This document shows, piece after piece, positions 39,020 to 52,028 of a DNA stretch of 64,000 nt. The notes beneath the pieces were generated by a model. The model was not told where the DNA came from, searched no databases, and worked only from the letters and a program-made list of their open reading frames with translations. Position 1 is the first letter of the stretch; each line of letters begins with the position of its first letter. Position numbers and translations under genes: made by a program. Origin of the DNA: Phaeosaccion multiseriatum (Eukaryota > Protista > Ochrophyta, other classes); the NCBI GenBank assembly GCA_965112735.1, contig OZ218960.1:2790001-2854000 (forward strand). The letters run 5' to 3'.

Positions 39020-39869
39020 AGTCTACCGCCGCCGCCACCGGCTTGCAGCTGCCCGCCCAGCTCTCCTTCCACCTCCAGCAACAGTTGGTGATACAGCAGC
39101 GGCAGCAGCTCCTGAGTCGGCTCAACAGTCCCCCCCTTTCTAAAGCGATGAGACTGAAAAGCCGCAAGGCACAAGCGATGCGGGTGCTACTCGGCGTGTA
39201 AAAGACGGGGAGGAGTACGATGAGTAGAGTGAGGCTCTATCTCCGTCAATAACAGGAAGTCAGCTCCAGGGTCGCAAACCCCACGAAGAGCACCAAGAGG
39301 GGGGGGCGGACAAGACCAGACCTTCTTCTGTCTTCCCTCTACCATTTGCTTGTCAGGGCGCTCACTTTCATCGCCCCCATCGATCATCAGAGCACGAAGA
39401 TGAGGAAGAGAAGGAGACACAGCAAGACCGAGCCTGCCAGGGCGTACTGCGGGGAGGAGAGAGCGGGGCGTCACAGGAAGAGAAGGGAGGGAGACTCTCT
39501 GTGTTAAGTCTAGTTCCGGGGGGCTATACAGGTGGTTGGTCAGCAATCTCGACAAGGAAGAGGGGGGGACAAGGACTGCGCGGATGCAGACAATCTTCCC
39601 TACGTATCGCATCCCGGAGACCAGACTCTTCCACCGGGGCTCTCGAACCCGCTCCCGCCACGGTACGAGAAGAAACCTACCTGCATCAGCTCGCAGTGCG
39701 ATATAATCATGCCGAACAACCGCACCGAGCCGCCCGCATTGCGCGCCTCGTCACCAAAGTCCAGCGGGAAGAGCGCGTGAGTCGCCTCATCCCCGACACC
39801 TCTGCTGCTGCCCCTGGCCTCCTGAGGCTCATCTGCCGCTGCAGCTGCTGCTGCTCCCTCGACATGCAT
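39020..39869 (-). pseudogene. Possible decayed membrane-protein gene
   Basis: Exon-like 39869-39681 ends CAG|GTAGGT. An acceptor at 39447 leads to hydrophobic YALAGSVLLCLLLFLIFVL**...LLVLFVGFATL...LTLLIVLLPVF, interrupted by several stops. Confidence 0.3.
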
Positions 39870-40163
39870 CCTCCCTGTGAGGCAGGGATCAGCGGCCGTG
39901 GAGGGGAGAGAGAGAATAAGCTTGAGAGAGTGATTGAGAAGGGGAGGAAAGAAGAGAGAGGGAACCGCCAGTTTCAGTTTCAGGGTTTCTTTGCTCCTTT
40001 CGATATATCGACTCCAATTGTGGTGTTCGATATTGACACATGAACGCTGGCAAGGGCACTTCCCCTGTTGTGATAGAGTGAGTGAGTGAGGTTAGGGTTA
40101 CAATTGAGTGAGTGGGTGGGTGAGTGAGTGAGTGACGGGTGAGGAAGAAGAGAAGAGGATGGA

Positions 40164-40851
40164 TCGACCCTGCCATGCCATGGACGCATTCTCGATAACA
40201 TGCTATTCAGCCGATGCTATCGGGCCCGGCTATCGGCCGTGGGCGATACCAGATAGCACGCTGGCATAGCACGCCGGCATAGCACGCCGGCATAGCACGC
40301 CGGCATAGCACGCCGGCATAGCACGCCGGCATAGCACGCCGGCATAGCACGCCGGCATAGCACGCCGGCTGGCGCCGGCGGTGCAGACAGTCGACCCAAA
40401 TCGCGCGACCGGCCGGTGTGAGTGTATGGGCAGGACATCGACATCGGATATCGAGGAGGTCTATTTCGGTCAAATTCGGGACAGTGGGAGGGGCGGTTCA
40501 GTGACGAGGCCGTGTAGGGGGGCAAAGGGGTGAGGCCGTGTAGGGGGCAAAGGGAAGGGACAAGGCCGTGTAGGAGGAAAAAGTGATAAGGACAAGGACA
40601 TATCGGACATGGAGGCAAGTGTAAGGACAACCTCAACGTTAGCAACGTCTATTTTAAAATTAAATACATATCCACTTGATCACCTCTCCCTCACATCTTA
40701 GAGAACTTGGAGTGAGCGGTAGGCCACTAGGTGGCTACTGAGGCTGTCATTTCCGGGGAGGGTCGTCACTGCCCTTGGCTCGGAGGCTAACACCGGTAGC
40801 AGGTCAAGGCCGGCTGACGCCGCCGGTAGCAGATGGCGCGTCAGGGGTCGA
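40164..40851. mobile_element. Second copy of the 38775 element, with an expanded 13-bp repeat and a nested solo LTR
   Basis: Same internal blocks and the same GCGTCAGGGGTCGA end. ATAGCACGCCGGC is expanded to about 9 tandem copies at 40253-40369. Confidence 0.75.
40417..40792. mobile_element. Solo LTR, 376 bp
   Basis: TGTGAG...CTAACA termini and a 4-bp TSD CCGG (40413-40416 and 40793-40796). Excision restores GGCCGGTAGCAGG as in copy 1. AT-rich TATA/polyA-like patch near 40648-40666. Confidence 0.8.
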
Positions 40852-42087
40852 ATAAGACGGCGGGCGAGTGAGTGAGTGAGTGAGTGAGTGAGTGAGTGAG
40901 TGAGTGGCTGAGTGAGTGAGTGAGAGAGTGAGTGTGAGTGAGTGAGTGAGTGAGCGAGTGAGAGAGTGAGTGAGTGAGTGAGTGAGTGGTCGAGTGAGTG
41001 AGGTGTGGGCGTGCGTGGGTGCGTACATAGATGCGTGGGTGGGTGAGTGAGAGTGAGTGAGAGTGAGTGAGTGGTAGTAGTGAAGAATGAAAACCGAATG
41101 AGCCAGTGAGCGAGAGAGGTAATCACCCCGTCCTTGTATCACCACCTCGTCCACTGTGGCGTGTTCGAAGTCGGGAGGTATCAGTCTTCAGTCTAGCAAA
41201 AGTACTGTACGACTTCTAACGGGCGGACGGGCGGCTTTTTGGAAGTGGCGGAGTTGGCTGTATTCCTTTCCTTTGTACCCCCCGTGGAAATATTGGCAGC
41301 AGCGCGGCCGCGCGGTGCGGTGTCTCGATGTGAGCCCGTGGCCCCGCTGCGGTCGGTGTCTCGGTGTGACCCTTGCGCTTGTCGTAGCAAGTACGTCTGT
41401 CTCGATGTGAGTCCAACGGTAAAGTAGAAGTGGGCCCAACGTAAGTGAATTAAGCCCAACGTGAGCAGGGGAGCAGGGAAGGATGCCTTCGGGTTAAAAG
41501 CAGGAAAAGGATCGGAGAAGTGCATCCGTTGGTCCGCGAACCAACGCTCTTCTTGCCTCTCAAACCGAATTTTTGGAAGTCGGCCCATTGCACCGAGAAA
41601 TAATTAAAGTGGGGCCACCGCCCCGTTTACTGCGGTGGTTTGTCTTAAAGTGATTTGTGTTGGGGCCTGATGTACCTCTCATCTTCCCTTTCCAGAGTGC
41701 GGTAAGTGCTTCGTCCCGCTTCGTCCCTCTTCACAGTTTCTTCATTTTCTATGACGTCCGCTTCGAAATGCTCTGGGATTCGTGGGGGAGAGAGTGCAGA
41801 CCTTGGTGCAGACAAGACACAAGAAGATGCACGAATGACACGACTACTTCTACACCTTTCACCACTTTTGGCAACTTTCTCCTGATGCGGAGTGAACTAG
41901 GTTCCAAGTTTATCAGCGAAAGAGCGAGCGCATAGCGTCTCGCTCTCTGTATCTCCCGCAATACTACGCGCCGGAACAAACGCCAGCGCGGGACTCTGTG
42001 CGAGGAGGAGCGAGTTAAGGGAGAGGCGGATGATGGAGTACCGCTCTGAAGTAGAAGGGTAGGGAGGAGAGAAGAGGAGTGCGCCCA

Positions 42088-44204
42088 ATGGATGATGGTC
42101 CCTACTCGGCCGCGGAAAGGGAGGAGCGCCAACGGCAGCAGCGGCAGCAGCAGCAGCAGCAGCGGCAGCAGCAGCAGCAGCAGCAGCACCGGCGGCGGCG
42201 CCAGCATCAGCAGGAGGAGACGAGTGGAGGCAGAGAGGAGAGTGGGCCGCCCCCCCCTGCAGGTCAGCATGGGCAGCAGCGGCAAGACTCAAACCCCTAC
42301 CACCCGGAGTACCAGGGGCAGCAATTTGAGCAGCACCTCCCCCAGCACCGTCACCACCAGCAGCAACCCCCCCCCCCCCCAGCAGGAGCAGCAGCACCAC
42401 CACCACCACCACCACCAGCAGCAGCAGCAGCAGCTGACCCAACAGCAGCACCACCAGCAGCGGCACCAGCGAGCACGTCTTCCCTCGGCAGAGTTGCCTT
42501 TGGCGCACGCCCCATCTGCACTGGGTCTCCAACTGAGGCGCTTTCCACCCCCTCCTCTGATGCCTGGGTCTCCCTCTCCTGGGCCTGCTGCAGCAGCAAC
42601 TTCCGCAGCAGCAGCATCGACGCGTGGTGATTTGCCTCGACGACAAGCCCCCCCCTCGCTGCTGCTCGGGCCTTCGCTTGTGGGGCACTCGTCGGAGAGG
42701 GCCTTCTACATTGGCCAGGAGACAGCACTCCCCTCCTTTTCCGGGGCGGCGCCGCTTTCCAGAAATATTATGCCCCGGCAGCAGGTACGGTGCTTGGCTG
42801 CTATGTTTGTTTGTGCCATGGAAAAAAGCAAGGAAAGGCATTGTTTTGGACTGACCTTCCTAAGCTAAGCACAACCCGTCCCGCCACTACGCACTGAAAT
42901 CGGTGCTTCGCTGCCACCACTGCGCCCTGTACCTCTCCCTTGTTGCCCTCCTGCCCTCTCCCTCCTTCCCCCCAGCAGCCGCAACAGCCTCAGCCGCCGT
43001 CGGACGAGCTCCAAGATGACGTGATTTCGCAGCTGCAGGACGCCTGGGGCACCACGAGGTAGGATGGATGCATATAGGATACAGGATACAGTCCAACACC
43101 GTATGCGAGTAAGGTACTAGGTGTCAGGTGTCAGAGCGTAGGGTACGGGGCGTCAGGTGGGACGACCGGTGGTGGTTGTGGTGCGGCGTGTGTCACCACT
43201 CGGTCAGGCAGGCAGGCAGGCAGGCAGGAAGGGAGGGGAGGCTGGCAGGCACGCAGCAGGCAGGCAGGTAGGCAGGCAGGTAGGCAGGCAGGTAGGCACA
43301 GAGGCAGGCAGGTGGGCAGGTAGACAGGCAGGCAGGTAGAGGCAGGTAGAGGCAGGTAGACAGGCAGGTAGGCAGGCAGGGCAGGGCAGGGTGGTGAGCA
43401 GGCTGGCAAGTAGGCACATGAGCAGGCGCATGAACAGGCAGGCAAAGACAACCCGGCTGGCAGGCCCTCAGTCCTTCCCTAAGCCAACCAAGCTTGTTGG
43501 GGCTTGCGGGTGCTTTCTCCCACTATCTCCTCCTCGCTCTCCTCTCTCGCTCGCTCATGCACTCGGTCTGGCCTCATGTCTCTCTCCTCTCCCGCCGTGT
43601 GTCCCACTAAAGTGACGACGGGGAAAATGGGCAGGGTACCACCCCAATTGATGTTGTTGGCGGTGGGATGGCAGCTAATGTTGGCGGGCCTGCTGGCGGC
43701 CCTACGCACCCCGTGGGACGAGGGCTCGCTTCGCAGCGGGGTCTGGGAGGTGAAGCTCAAGAGCAACATTGGAGCAGAAGTGCCTTGGGAATCGGAGGCG
43801 AGGGAGGAGGAGGCGGTGGGGCGGGGCCAGCGAGTGCACGATTTGGTTACGATCGGTGGGGAGTAGGGGGGGGAGAATATGGAAACTTGGGAGGACAAAG
43901 ACTGCCTCACCAGCCTCAACAACAACATGTTCTCGGATGGAGGGGGGGCGGAGGGATGATGGAACACGACCAAGCAGGGGGGCATGGCGGGGGAGGAGGC
44001 ATGAGGAGGGACCCAATTTTGGCCACCGCTGCCGCTCGTACCGGCACTGAGAGGAGCAGCAGCGGATCCGCGAGATCATCACCAATGGTGTCGCCACTGC
44101 TATCGCCGGCAGGGCAGTTAGAGATAGAGCAGCAGCAATTAGAGATGCAGCAGCAGCAGTTGGAGATACAACAGCGGCGGCAACGGCAGCAGCAACATCA
44201 ACAG

Positions 44205-44240
<36 letters not shown>

Positions 44241-44987
44241 CGGCGGCGGCAGGAGACGCAAGAGCAGCTGCAGAAGGCAGCTGCACAGGAGTTGGTGATT
44301 CGGCTGCACGTCAGCAAGGCGGCGGCGAAGCCCCACTCCCGGCAGCGCGGCAGGGGCGCTGTGAGCAAGCGTGCGTGTGACGCTTGCGCAAAGGGAAAGC
44401 GAAAGTGCGACTATCCCGAGGACTCGGAGGAGGGCGGCGACAAGTCCGGCGACAAGTCCTGCACCTTGTGTCGGCAGAGAGGCATCCCGTGTGTGTTTAG
44501 CAGCCGGCGGAAGAGCATCACCAGAGGGAGGGGGAAGAGCTCTTCGTCTTCTTCATCATCATCTTCTTCTGCTGCTGCTGCTGCTGCTGCTGTGGTACCA
44601 CCACCTATTGCTCCTCCTCCCCACGCTGCTAGTATGTCACCACCTCCTGCGGCGGCTGCTGCTCCTTCGCGGACGAGAGGCGAAGCCGAAGAGGGCGGTG
44701 GAGACAGCCCAGAAGGAGAACGTCAGGTGAGTTTGTGTCCTCATGACTCATGACTCTGTTCAGGCACAGCCAGGCCAGTGACCATGCTCTTTTAGCCTAG
44801 GGACCACACTTGCCTGCTTGTCACACAACCAACCACCCAACCACCATAACACCAACGCCCCTCGCTCTCGCCCCCCCCCCCCCCGACCTATCCATTCTGT
44901 CTACGCATGATGTCCACTTGCTCTGGCCTGGCCTGACGACAGCGCGCTAGAAACAGAGTCAAAAGACCGCGCTTCGACCCCCCGTGA
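42088..44987 (+). CDS. Zn(II)2Cys6 binuclear-cluster transcription factor, short form lacking the C-terminal domain
   Basis: SKRACDACAKGKRKCDYP...SCTLCRQRGIPCVFS with a Gln-rich N-terminus. Exons about 42088-42784 (frameshift in C14 at 42367-42380), 42976-43058, 43613-44726 and 44943-44987 (RVKRPRFDPP*). Confidence 0.78.
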
Positions 44988-46271
44988 GAGGGCAGAGGGC
45001 AGCAGCCAGGAGGGAAGGCCCCCCTCACAAGGCCACACACCCACACACACACACACACACACAAGACAGACACACGCGCACACACACACATACACATGCA
45101 CACACGCGCACATACACAGACCAACATGGATGAACGAACAATAAGTCAAGAGGTGGCTCTAAATGTACAAAGCAAGGAGGAGGAGGAAAAGTTGCGCAAT
45201 ATATATATTGCGCAAACTACAGGGCTGTGAAAGCGAACAAGAGACACAGCCAGAGAGAGGGAGAGGGAGGTAGAGGCCTGTCGCTACAGAGGGTACAACT
45301 GACAACGGACAATGAATAGACGTGACACACACAGCCTGTGTCACAAAAACCACAAAGTGATTCATTCATGCCATTTATTTATTTATTTATTTATTTGTTG
45401 ATGTCCGACGTACATACATATATCCATCCTCCTCCCTGTCCAATCTTGTTTGTGGCACCTACAACCTCGCGCCTCGCCGATTGAGCAGGCCTTGCCCTCC
45501 CTCCACTTTGCCTTCGCACTTGCGGCCTGTTGCTTCACCACGCTTCCCTAAGGCACCATAGACACACTCGATGGACCACGAGGGTCTCATAGACCTCTGC
45601 AAGGCTGTGTGAGCAAGCAAGCAAGCCAGCAAACAAGCAAGGGCTCGGTGTCATGATGCTCCTCGAGGGGCGAGAGGGGCTCTAAGTCGGTGAAGCAAGA
45701 CGAGCCGCAGTAGGGAACAGCAGCAGGCCTTTACACACATCCAACAACACAACTGCATACCGCTGTATGGCTGGCATCTTACTCCATCCCCTCCCTCCAT
45801 TTGCCTAACCTTGTATGTACACTCCCTCGTTCCTTTCTTCTCCAACGCCGCCGGCCCCGCGCTCTTCTTTGCTCTGTCTCGTTTCTCTCTGCTGCCTCTC
45901 TCTCCCTTCTCTCTTGTACTCTGCCTTGCCCCTCGCTCTCTCGCATGTGTGTGTGTGTGTGTGTGTGTGTAATGTGTGAGTGCGTGCGTGCACAACTACC
46001 CTCTCCCCCTCCCCCCCGGCTCTCTCCCTCTCTCTCCCCTTTGTACTCTGTCTCTCTTGGTTGGGGGTCTCGAAGAATCCCACACAACGCGATGTGTCGC
46101 CTGCAAAGGCCCTCGCGTCCTGGCCTTGACCCATGCAATCCTTCCCCTCCCTCCCTCCTCCTCCTCCTCCTCCTCCTCCTCCTCCTCCTCCTCCTCCTCC
46201 GCCCCCTCCTCCTCCTCCTCTCCCTCCTCCTCCTCCTCCTCCTCCCCCCGTCACAGTGTCAGGACCCTTCC

Positions 46272-47680
46272 TCATCTCTCGTTGGTGTCCGGCGCCAGAA
46301 ACTTCCATTCATCGTCGTCCAATGACATACTCCCGATAGACAAATGAAGCGAGGTGCTGGAATTGCCGCCACCGCCACCGCTGCCGCCCCGGCTTCGCGG
46401 CCGCTGCTTCGCCCCACCCCCTCCCCCTCCAGAATGCTGCTGTGACGGTGTCCCTAAGGGGTGGAAGCCTCCACCTCTGCCGCTGGGTGCCAATCTCCCA
46501 CTCCCACCACCAACACCGGTCGAGGAGGAGGAGGAGCCGGGCCCACCGCTGCCACCACTCACGCGATCGGCGAAAGAGGGCGGGGGTGAGAGGTTGTTGT
46601 TGCTGTTGGTGGTGGTGGTGGTGGTGGTGTCAAGACCCTGAAGGCTGTAACCGCTGTAACCACCGCTCTTGCTCGTCAAGGGGGAGTCGGACACCCCTCC
46701 GTACTTGGGCCCCGAGGAACCCAACCCGCTGAGGCCAATGTGAAGGCTTTGGCTTAGACTCAAGTCCACTCCCCCCTCCGGTGAGCCCATGAGCCCAGAG
46801 CCCTCAGCGAATCCATCAAGCTCTTGCGAGAGACCGTAGAGGTGGAGGGGGGTGGAGGAGCCCCCCTGGGGAGTGAGGCCCCCCTGGGGAGTCTGCGGAG
46901 CATGGGTGTGGCGGTGTTGCTGCTGCTGCTGCTGCTGCTTGTTGCCACCAGCGGAAGAGAGGCTTCCGCTGCTTCCGCTCCTTCCATTGGAGCCCAGTCC
47001 TCTCTTCCTTCGGAGCTGCTGCTGCTGCTGCTGCTGCTGTATCACCAACTGCTGCCGTTGGTGGTTTAAGCGGTACTCTTGCTCGAGGTCAACATCTACC
47101 GGGCTAATCTCTAACGGAGCCGGAAGATGGCTATCTCTGCTGCTGCCACCACCAATGCCCGTTTCCGCCTCTGCATGTGTAGCAATGGCTCTGCTCCATC
47201 CCAGGCTCACTCTCTCGGCCTCCGCATCATTCTCACAGCGACCCCTCTCATGCTGCTGTACCACCAACTGGTGCTGCTCCTGCAAGCGGTAGCGCTGCCC
47301 CTTGAGTAGACCTTTGCCCCCCCCCCCGGTGGCGCCACCCCCATCCTCGTCGCTCCAGCCTTCACTAACAACACTCGTCGTGCTTCCGGTGTCGCTTTCC
47401 TCATCGTCCTCGTCCTCCTCTCTTCGATGCTGGCGACGACTGAATCGCGTCTGCTGGCAGCGTCGTGGAGCCATCGACGGTCCCTCCTCGTCCCCCTCAC
47501 GCCCCCTCCCTATCTCCTCCTCCTCCCCTCCTTGTCCAATGACTAAGTTCCGGTGTATCTTGACGAGCTCGGCCCTCGGCAGCTGCACTCCCTCCGAGAG
47601 GGCAGGGCTGAGCCCCCTCCACACCGCGTCAATACCCCCACCCCCCCCCCCGGCCACCCCACCCCTCTCGCTCGCCTCTT

Positions 47681-47715
<35 letters not shown>

Positions 47716-48160
47716 CCGCCACCAGGAACAAAGGTTTCTGCATCCGTCATATCGCGACACGTACCCCCTCCTCCCCCCGCCCCTGCCGCTCCATCGCCAG
47801 TCATCGATCCCATATGACTGCTGCTGCTGCTACTGCTGTTGCTGCTGCTGTTGCTGCCACCCTTCTCTCCGCCCTTGCCTGGCCCCCCTTCCTCCTCCTC
47901 ATCCTCCCCCTCCTCCTCAACAAGTTGCTGGTGGTTGCCAAGCAGGTCCGAAGGCAGTGGCACCACTCGCGTCCCTGTGGCAGCAGCAGGGCCTCCCATG
48001 ACGTTCCTGGAACGCCACTCTCCCCATCCACTGCCATACTGCAGAGAGGGTTCAACAAGGGAGGGACTGGGCATGGCGAGGAGGTTCTCTAGACCCACTT
48101 CCAGACCCCCAAACTTACTCCCCTGGGTCCTCACTCCCCCTCGTCGTCGTCGTCGTCCTC

Positions 48161-48194
<34 letters not shown>

Positions 48195-51100
48195 TCTAGC
48201 TCCCCCCCTCGTTGTTACTCCTCCCCCACCTCTTCCTCTTGCTCTTGTTGCTCCCGCCACTCCTTCCATCACAAGCGTTCCACCTCCTCCGCGCCCTCCC
48301 ATGCCCGCCCTTGCCGTCTGAAGCTCCCCCCCCTCACCAGTTGGTTCTCCCCGGCAGACCGTCTTGTAAATGGAAGCGATGATCTGTTGACTGTCGCCGT
48401 TGTCCCAATCCACCCCTGCCTCCTCTTCCTCCTCCTCCTCGTCGTCGTCGTCCTCTCCCTCTTCGTCGGAGGAGTAGTCATGCTCGGACCCAAACTCGCC
48501 TACCTGCTGCCCAGAGTCCTCCTGCACCATGCCACCCAACATGCCACCAGCACGCCTTGTTCTTGCGCTCCTCCTCCCTCCAACATCGCCAGCGCTTCTC
48601 CCTGCCTCGAAGCGGGCATCCCCCCCCCCCAACGACTCCGTTGTGGTCTCGCCCTTCGCATTCTTCTTTGTCGCCTTGCTGGTCTTGGTCTTGGTCTTGG
48701 TCTTGGTTTTCGATGCTGCCCCCACGCCCTTCTCCTTCTCCTTGGCGTCCTTCCTGCTACTGACGCCTCCCAAGCTGGACGGTGGTGGCTTGTGGTCCTT
48801 CTTGCTGGCCTTCCCCCGACTTCCCTTCGCCTCTTTCCCCACCTGCAATATCATTGCGCCCCCTCCTCCCGCTCCTTCCACCCCATGTGCATTGGTTGGC
48901 GTGGTGCTACCGCCGCCGATAGTGCTGCCTCCGCTGCTGCGCCTTCCCCTTCCCTTGGGCCTATCCCCGAGCGTCGACATGGGAGCCATCGTACTGCCGT
49001 CTCCGGCACCGCTTTCCATGGCCTTTCGAGACCGCAACGCCCCCTTCGTCGGCGGCAGCATCGCCAACTGCTGCTGCTGCTGCCTTTCCAGGTCTTCCTT
49101 CTTTCTCTCTCCCATCCCGCGCGTCCGGCCTTCGTGCTGCTGCTTCTGCTGCACGGAATCGGAACGTTCTAGTCTGACACCTGTTTTTCCTCCGGACGGG
49201 GAGCCCCCCTTCCCTCTCCCCCTCCCCCCCTTCGGAGTAGTGCCCCGAGGGGTGCGCTGCCGGGCGAGGTTGGGCTTCCCCCCCGCCGCCGGAATAACCA
49301 CACCCAATTTCACCCCTCCTTCTCCCTCCTCCTCGCCAGTGCTCATGCTCACAGCACCTCCCTCTCCGGCAGCAGCAGCAGCAGCAGCAGCAGCAGTTGG
49401 TGATACACCAGCAGCTGCCACTGCTTCATCGCCATTCGCTCCTCCTTCCACCCCACTGCCACCCTCCCCCTGTCTGCTTCCGGCCCTGCCCTCAGCAATG
49501 CTCTTCCAGTCGAGCCCCGCAGTCCCGGCCATGGCTTCTCTGCCCATATGCCCATAGGCCTTGGCAAAGATGTCCCCACCATCGCCGCCCGCCCCGCCTG
49601 CCCCGGCGCCGTGGTGGCTCAACCGCTTGGTGATGATGGAGTTGAAGCGATTCTTGACGGCATTCTCAGCCCTTCCGGGCAAGAGCTTGCTAATTTCCGA
49701 CCACTTGTTTCCGAGTTTCCATTGCGCCGCACAGAGAATACGGTCCTCCTCCTCTGTCCAGAACGACTTTTTGACTCGGTTGTCAAGGTGGTTAAGCCAT
49801 CGCTCTCGGCATTGCTTGCCCGACCGACCGGGGAAGTGCTGGGCAATGAGGGACCATTTTTTTGATCCGAACTGCTCCACAAGGCGGCGAAGGAGCTGGT
49901 CTTCTTCGGGGGACCATGGACCCTATTGTCGTTGTTGATGAATGGGAGGGAGGGAGAGAGGGAGAGGGATGGAGGGAGAGAGGGGGATAGACAGGGAAGG
50001 AGGGGGGGAAAGGAAGGGAGGGGAGGGAGAGGGAGGGAGGGAGGGAGGGAGGAAATGACAGCTGATGTCAGAGAATGCGTGGCGACGCGCAGCATCTGTT
50101 ACACCGCTGCCTTGAAGTGAGCAATACTCCTGCTACTACTTGCTCCTTGTACGACAACCCCGCAAGCCCCCTCCCCCTCCCCCTCCTCCTCCTCCTCCTC
50201 CTCCTCCTCCTCCTCCTCCTCCTCTTCCTCCTCCTCCTCCTCCTCCTCCTCCTCCTCGTCCTTACCTTAACGGCGAAGTCCCTGATCATGGACCATCTCA
50301 TCTCGCACTCCTCAGGGTTGCACTCGTGAGGCAGTAGGTGCTTCACCACGAGCTGCCATCTGTGAGGAGGAAGGGGGGGAGGGCGCACACACGGGATCGG
50401 CAGAGTTGAGGAACGGTTTACGAAGGGTTCACGGAGGGTTCACTGAGGGCACGAGGGAGAGGAGACAGAGTGACAAGAAGGAGGGGAGAGACTGGGCAAG
50501 AAAGGGTGTGGGTCATATGAGGGTGCTAAGGAAGGGTGTGGGTGACGTGCTAGCACTCGTTCGCTCGCCCATCAGAGACGCTAGGCTCTCATCATGCATG
50601 AAGCGCAGTGTGACTGCTCTCTGCGGGGGTTCTCTCTCTCGGCCCCTCTCCTCCCTTTCCCCTCCCCTCCACAGCGGCAAGGCCTTCCCCCCCGCACCCA
50701 CTCACTCACTCACCTAGCTCCCATTCGGAGAACCCCTTCCCGCAGAAGCTCGTCCATCTCCTTGCTCCACTTCACCTCGAGCTGCTGGGCCAGTGCCTCT
50801 GGAACAACGGGTGGCTGCCACGCCTGACTAAGGAAATTGTTCTCCTCTGTGGCGCGCCCCTCTACCCCTCCCTCCTCCTCCTGCTGCTGCTCCTGCTGCG
50901 GCTGCTGCATCGATGGATCGCCACACGGGCCCGCCGGTGCTGCCGCGACTGCTGCTTGCATTGGGAAAGCCTCCTGCACAGATGCAAGGGTTGCAGGCAG
51001 GGCAATAGGCATGAAATCCATCTCCGAGTCCGCCATTCGCTGCTGCTGTTGCTCATCTGGAGGAGGAGGAGGGTGAAGAGGCCCGGGTACATGCGAAGAA

Positions 51101-51258
51101 TCTCCATGCTGTAGTGCATCGCCCTGCTGCTGCTGCTGCTGTTGCTGGTGGTGAAGTGCAGCATGGTGGAGCAACCGGGTCTGCTTGGCGCGATGCGAAG
51201 TACCGAGGTTGTGGATGTTGGGGCTCTGCAGGGGGCTCGTGAGCTGGACGCGCTTCAT
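46272..51258 (-). CDS. MYB3R: Three-repeat MYB (R1R2R3) transcription factor, about 1430 aa
   Basis: R1 KWSKEMDELLREGVLRMGARWQLV...ECEMRW; R2 KGPWSPEEDQLLRRLVEQFGSKKWSLIAQHFPGRSGKQCRERWLNHL; R3 WTEEEDRILCAAQWKLGNKWSEISKLLPGRAENAVKNRFN. Exons 51258-50714, 50359-50266, 49922-46272. Confidence 0.93.
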
Positions 51259-52028
51259 AGTGCACCGAAGAGGAGCAAGCTCAGCTGCGATCCGACCCGC
51301 TGGCGCCGGCTGCAGCTGTTACTTCACCTCCTTCTCACCTCCCTGTCCCCTCTGCGCTGGACCAATTGCAACTGAGGGACAATTTCGATCAAACAGAGGG
51401 ATCCACACCGTCAGCGGCTTTCGTTTCTCGTCGAGGCAGCAACGAATGGCTGAGGATCGGAGCCTGCCTTCCCACGGCCCGGTCGGCTTCCCCTTCCGAG
51501 TGGAGCCCCGGTCAGGTCTGGGTGCCGAAGAAAGAAGCCTGCCCTGCCCTTCCAAACGACGCTCTCGTGACGGTGGTGCTGCTTCTTCGAAGCTGTCACT
51601 ACTCCCTCTCCCAAGTGCTGCTGCTGCTGCTCTTCCTCTCTGCGGATGCGACGCTGTTAATTATTACTTCGAAGTATAAAAAATAACACAACAAACCCAT
51701 AAACCCTAACCGGCCAGTTTTCAGTTTTCAGTTTTCAGTTGAGGGAAAAAAAGAAAAAAATCGAACACGAAAAACCAAAAAATCGAACCGCCAGCAAACG
51801 GGAACTGGAAACTGAACCTGACACTCAACTTCCTCTTCCTTTTCAACCGAAGCAGCCTCCCCCATGATTCTTTCCCCCCTTCCATGCCAACCATGCCCTG
51901 AGTTCTCGCAAACGTACACAACACGCAAAGCCAGGGCGAAGGGCTGGCTCTTTCATTGAGGAAGACAAACAAAGAGAGCGGGGCATTCTCACGGGAGATA
52001 CACGGGATGCGAAAAAGCACCACGTAAC
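51259..52028. promoter_or_regulatory. Divergent promoter region between MYB3R and the Zn2Cys6 gene
   Basis: Head-to-head start codons about 770 bp apart. The AT-rich core 51660-51785 has the palindrome TACTTCGAAGTA, TATAAAAA, a telo-box-like AAACCCTAA and (GTTTTCA)n. Confidence 0.55.

Noticed and set aside
41188-41588. Overlapping minus-strand ORFs of ordinary complexity
   Set aside because: No recognisable motif or splice structure. Possibly a decayed TE fragment, but unsupported.
42367-42380. Frameshift in Zn2Cys6 exon 1
   Set aside because: C14 homopolymer, likely an assembly error, though a real lesion is not excluded.
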